DNA of 64,000 nucleotides from the human T2T-CHM13v2.0 reference genome, Homo sapiens: NCBI GenBank assembly GCA_009914755.4, contig CP086569.2, positions 15,328,001 to 15,392,000 of the forward strand, read 5' to 3'. Shown piece by piece: positions 62,953 to 64,000 of this stretch (position 1 is its first letter; each line of letters starts with the position of its first letter). The notes under the pieces were generated by a model. It saw only the letters and a program-made list of their open reading frames with translations, ran no database searches and was not told where the DNA came from. The position numbers and the translations under genes were made by a program.

Positions 62953-63925
62953 AGCACTCTGTCTTTATAACTATGGAAAGTAGCCCAGGTATCAGCCACA
63001 ATGTGTTCCTAGATCTTCTTGTATTTTGAAGTCTCCTTTTAATAGTCACACATTGAAGGATGAAGGGCCCACCTCATATCCTGATTTGGTTTCTTATCAC
63101 TATCCCTGGGGACTCCAGAGGAATCCAAGGGACATCCACCCTCTGTCCAGTCCTCATTCAGGTCTAAGGATGAACCTGCCCCATGGCTTCATCCTACTAT
63201 GAATGCCAAGCACCTGTCAGGATTCCATCTGCAAACCCTACCCCAGTGATTTCAGACCTCCTACAGGGCACTCTGACAAAACAATGGAAGGTGTGGGCCA
63301 TGGTGACTTCAAATTAAATATTAGAAATTCCAGTCTTAAGAATTTTATTTTCTTCTGAGAGCACAGGCTTTATCTGAGCTCTCTCTTTTCAGATCAGACC
63401 CAAAAATTTCACTCTTCACACTCAAGGGGGAAATTCAAGGCATTTCTCTCAATCAGGAGTTGGCAAGCATTTTCCATAAAGGTCTGGATAAAGAACAATT
63501 TAGACTTTGTAGGACTGACAACCATCTCTGTCTCAGCTATTCACTTCTGCCACTATAGCATGACAACAGTCACAGACACTACGTAAGAGATTTGGTGTGA
63601 CTATGTTTTAATGGATATACACTGGAATGTGAAATTTTTATGACACTCATACGCCAAGAAAGACTCTTATTTGTTTTCAACATGCAAAATGAAAACTCTA
63701 TTTGTGTAGTTTGCAGTCCATGTGAATACAGGTTTTGCATGGATTTGGCCCTGAGATCATAGTTTTCCATGTCCTACCATAAAAGATAAGTATCACTTTG
63801 GCTATGCTTCTTAAACACTAACCCAGTACATGGAAACTGCAACAGACAGATTTCTTTAAGTAACATAATTAAAGAGTTTTACTACACCCAAAAAGACTTA
63901 TCTTGAACAGAAATTGGACTTAGTG

Positions 63926-64000
63926 GGGGGCAGGACTCAGGCTTATAATCCCAGCATTTTGAAAGTTTGAAGTGGGAGGATCACTTGAACTCAGGAGTTT
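63926..64000 (+). mobile_element. Alu SINE 5' part, sense, truncated by the window end
   Basis: gggcaggactcaggcttataatcccagcattttgaaagtttgaagtgggaggatcacttgaactcaggagttt. Confidence 0.7.

Overview
This 64-kb window looks like primate, most likely human, non-coding genomic DNA. It is AT-rich and mostly interspersed repeats; no prokaryotic-style operon, CRISPR array or defence system is present.

What I can support from the sequence:
- About 20 Alu SINEs, including an AluYb8 and an AluY that both keep intact target-site duplications.
- Several L1 LINE fragments: a 2.9-kb 5'-truncated L1 with an ORF2 reverse-transcriptase remnant, a twin-primed inverted L1, and older L1M/L1PB pieces.
- A roughly 1.55-kb LTR12 (ERV9) solo LTR with its tandem CCAAT-box enhancer repeats, a TATA-like box and an AATAAA signal.
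- Multiple MaLR LTRs of THE1/MLT1/MST type, including one apparently complete LTR-internal-LTR THE1-like element.
- Two ERVK-class solo LTRs in opposite orientation about 9 kb apart.
- A nested pair of DNA-transposon MITEs.
- Many micro- and minisatellites: a 580-bp AT-rich minisatellite, (GGAA)n, (TAGA)n, (TTTA)n, (TA)n and (TG)n.

I cannot support any host protein-coding exon, tRNA, rRNA or other structured RNA gene, or any CRISPR array. Every long ORF in the six-frame track is explained by an L1 ORF2 remnant, GC-rich LTR12 sequence, antisense read-through of an Alu or L1, or the AT minisatellite.

The element with the most plausible biological activity is the LTR12, as a cryptic promoter/enhancer. 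The most interesting structural items are the young Alu insertions, the repeat pairs that could mediate rearrangement, nested transposon insertions, and a long GGAA microsatellite.

Coordinates of repeat boundaries are approximate, about +/-10 bp. Family names come from my memory of consensus sequences, not a database search.
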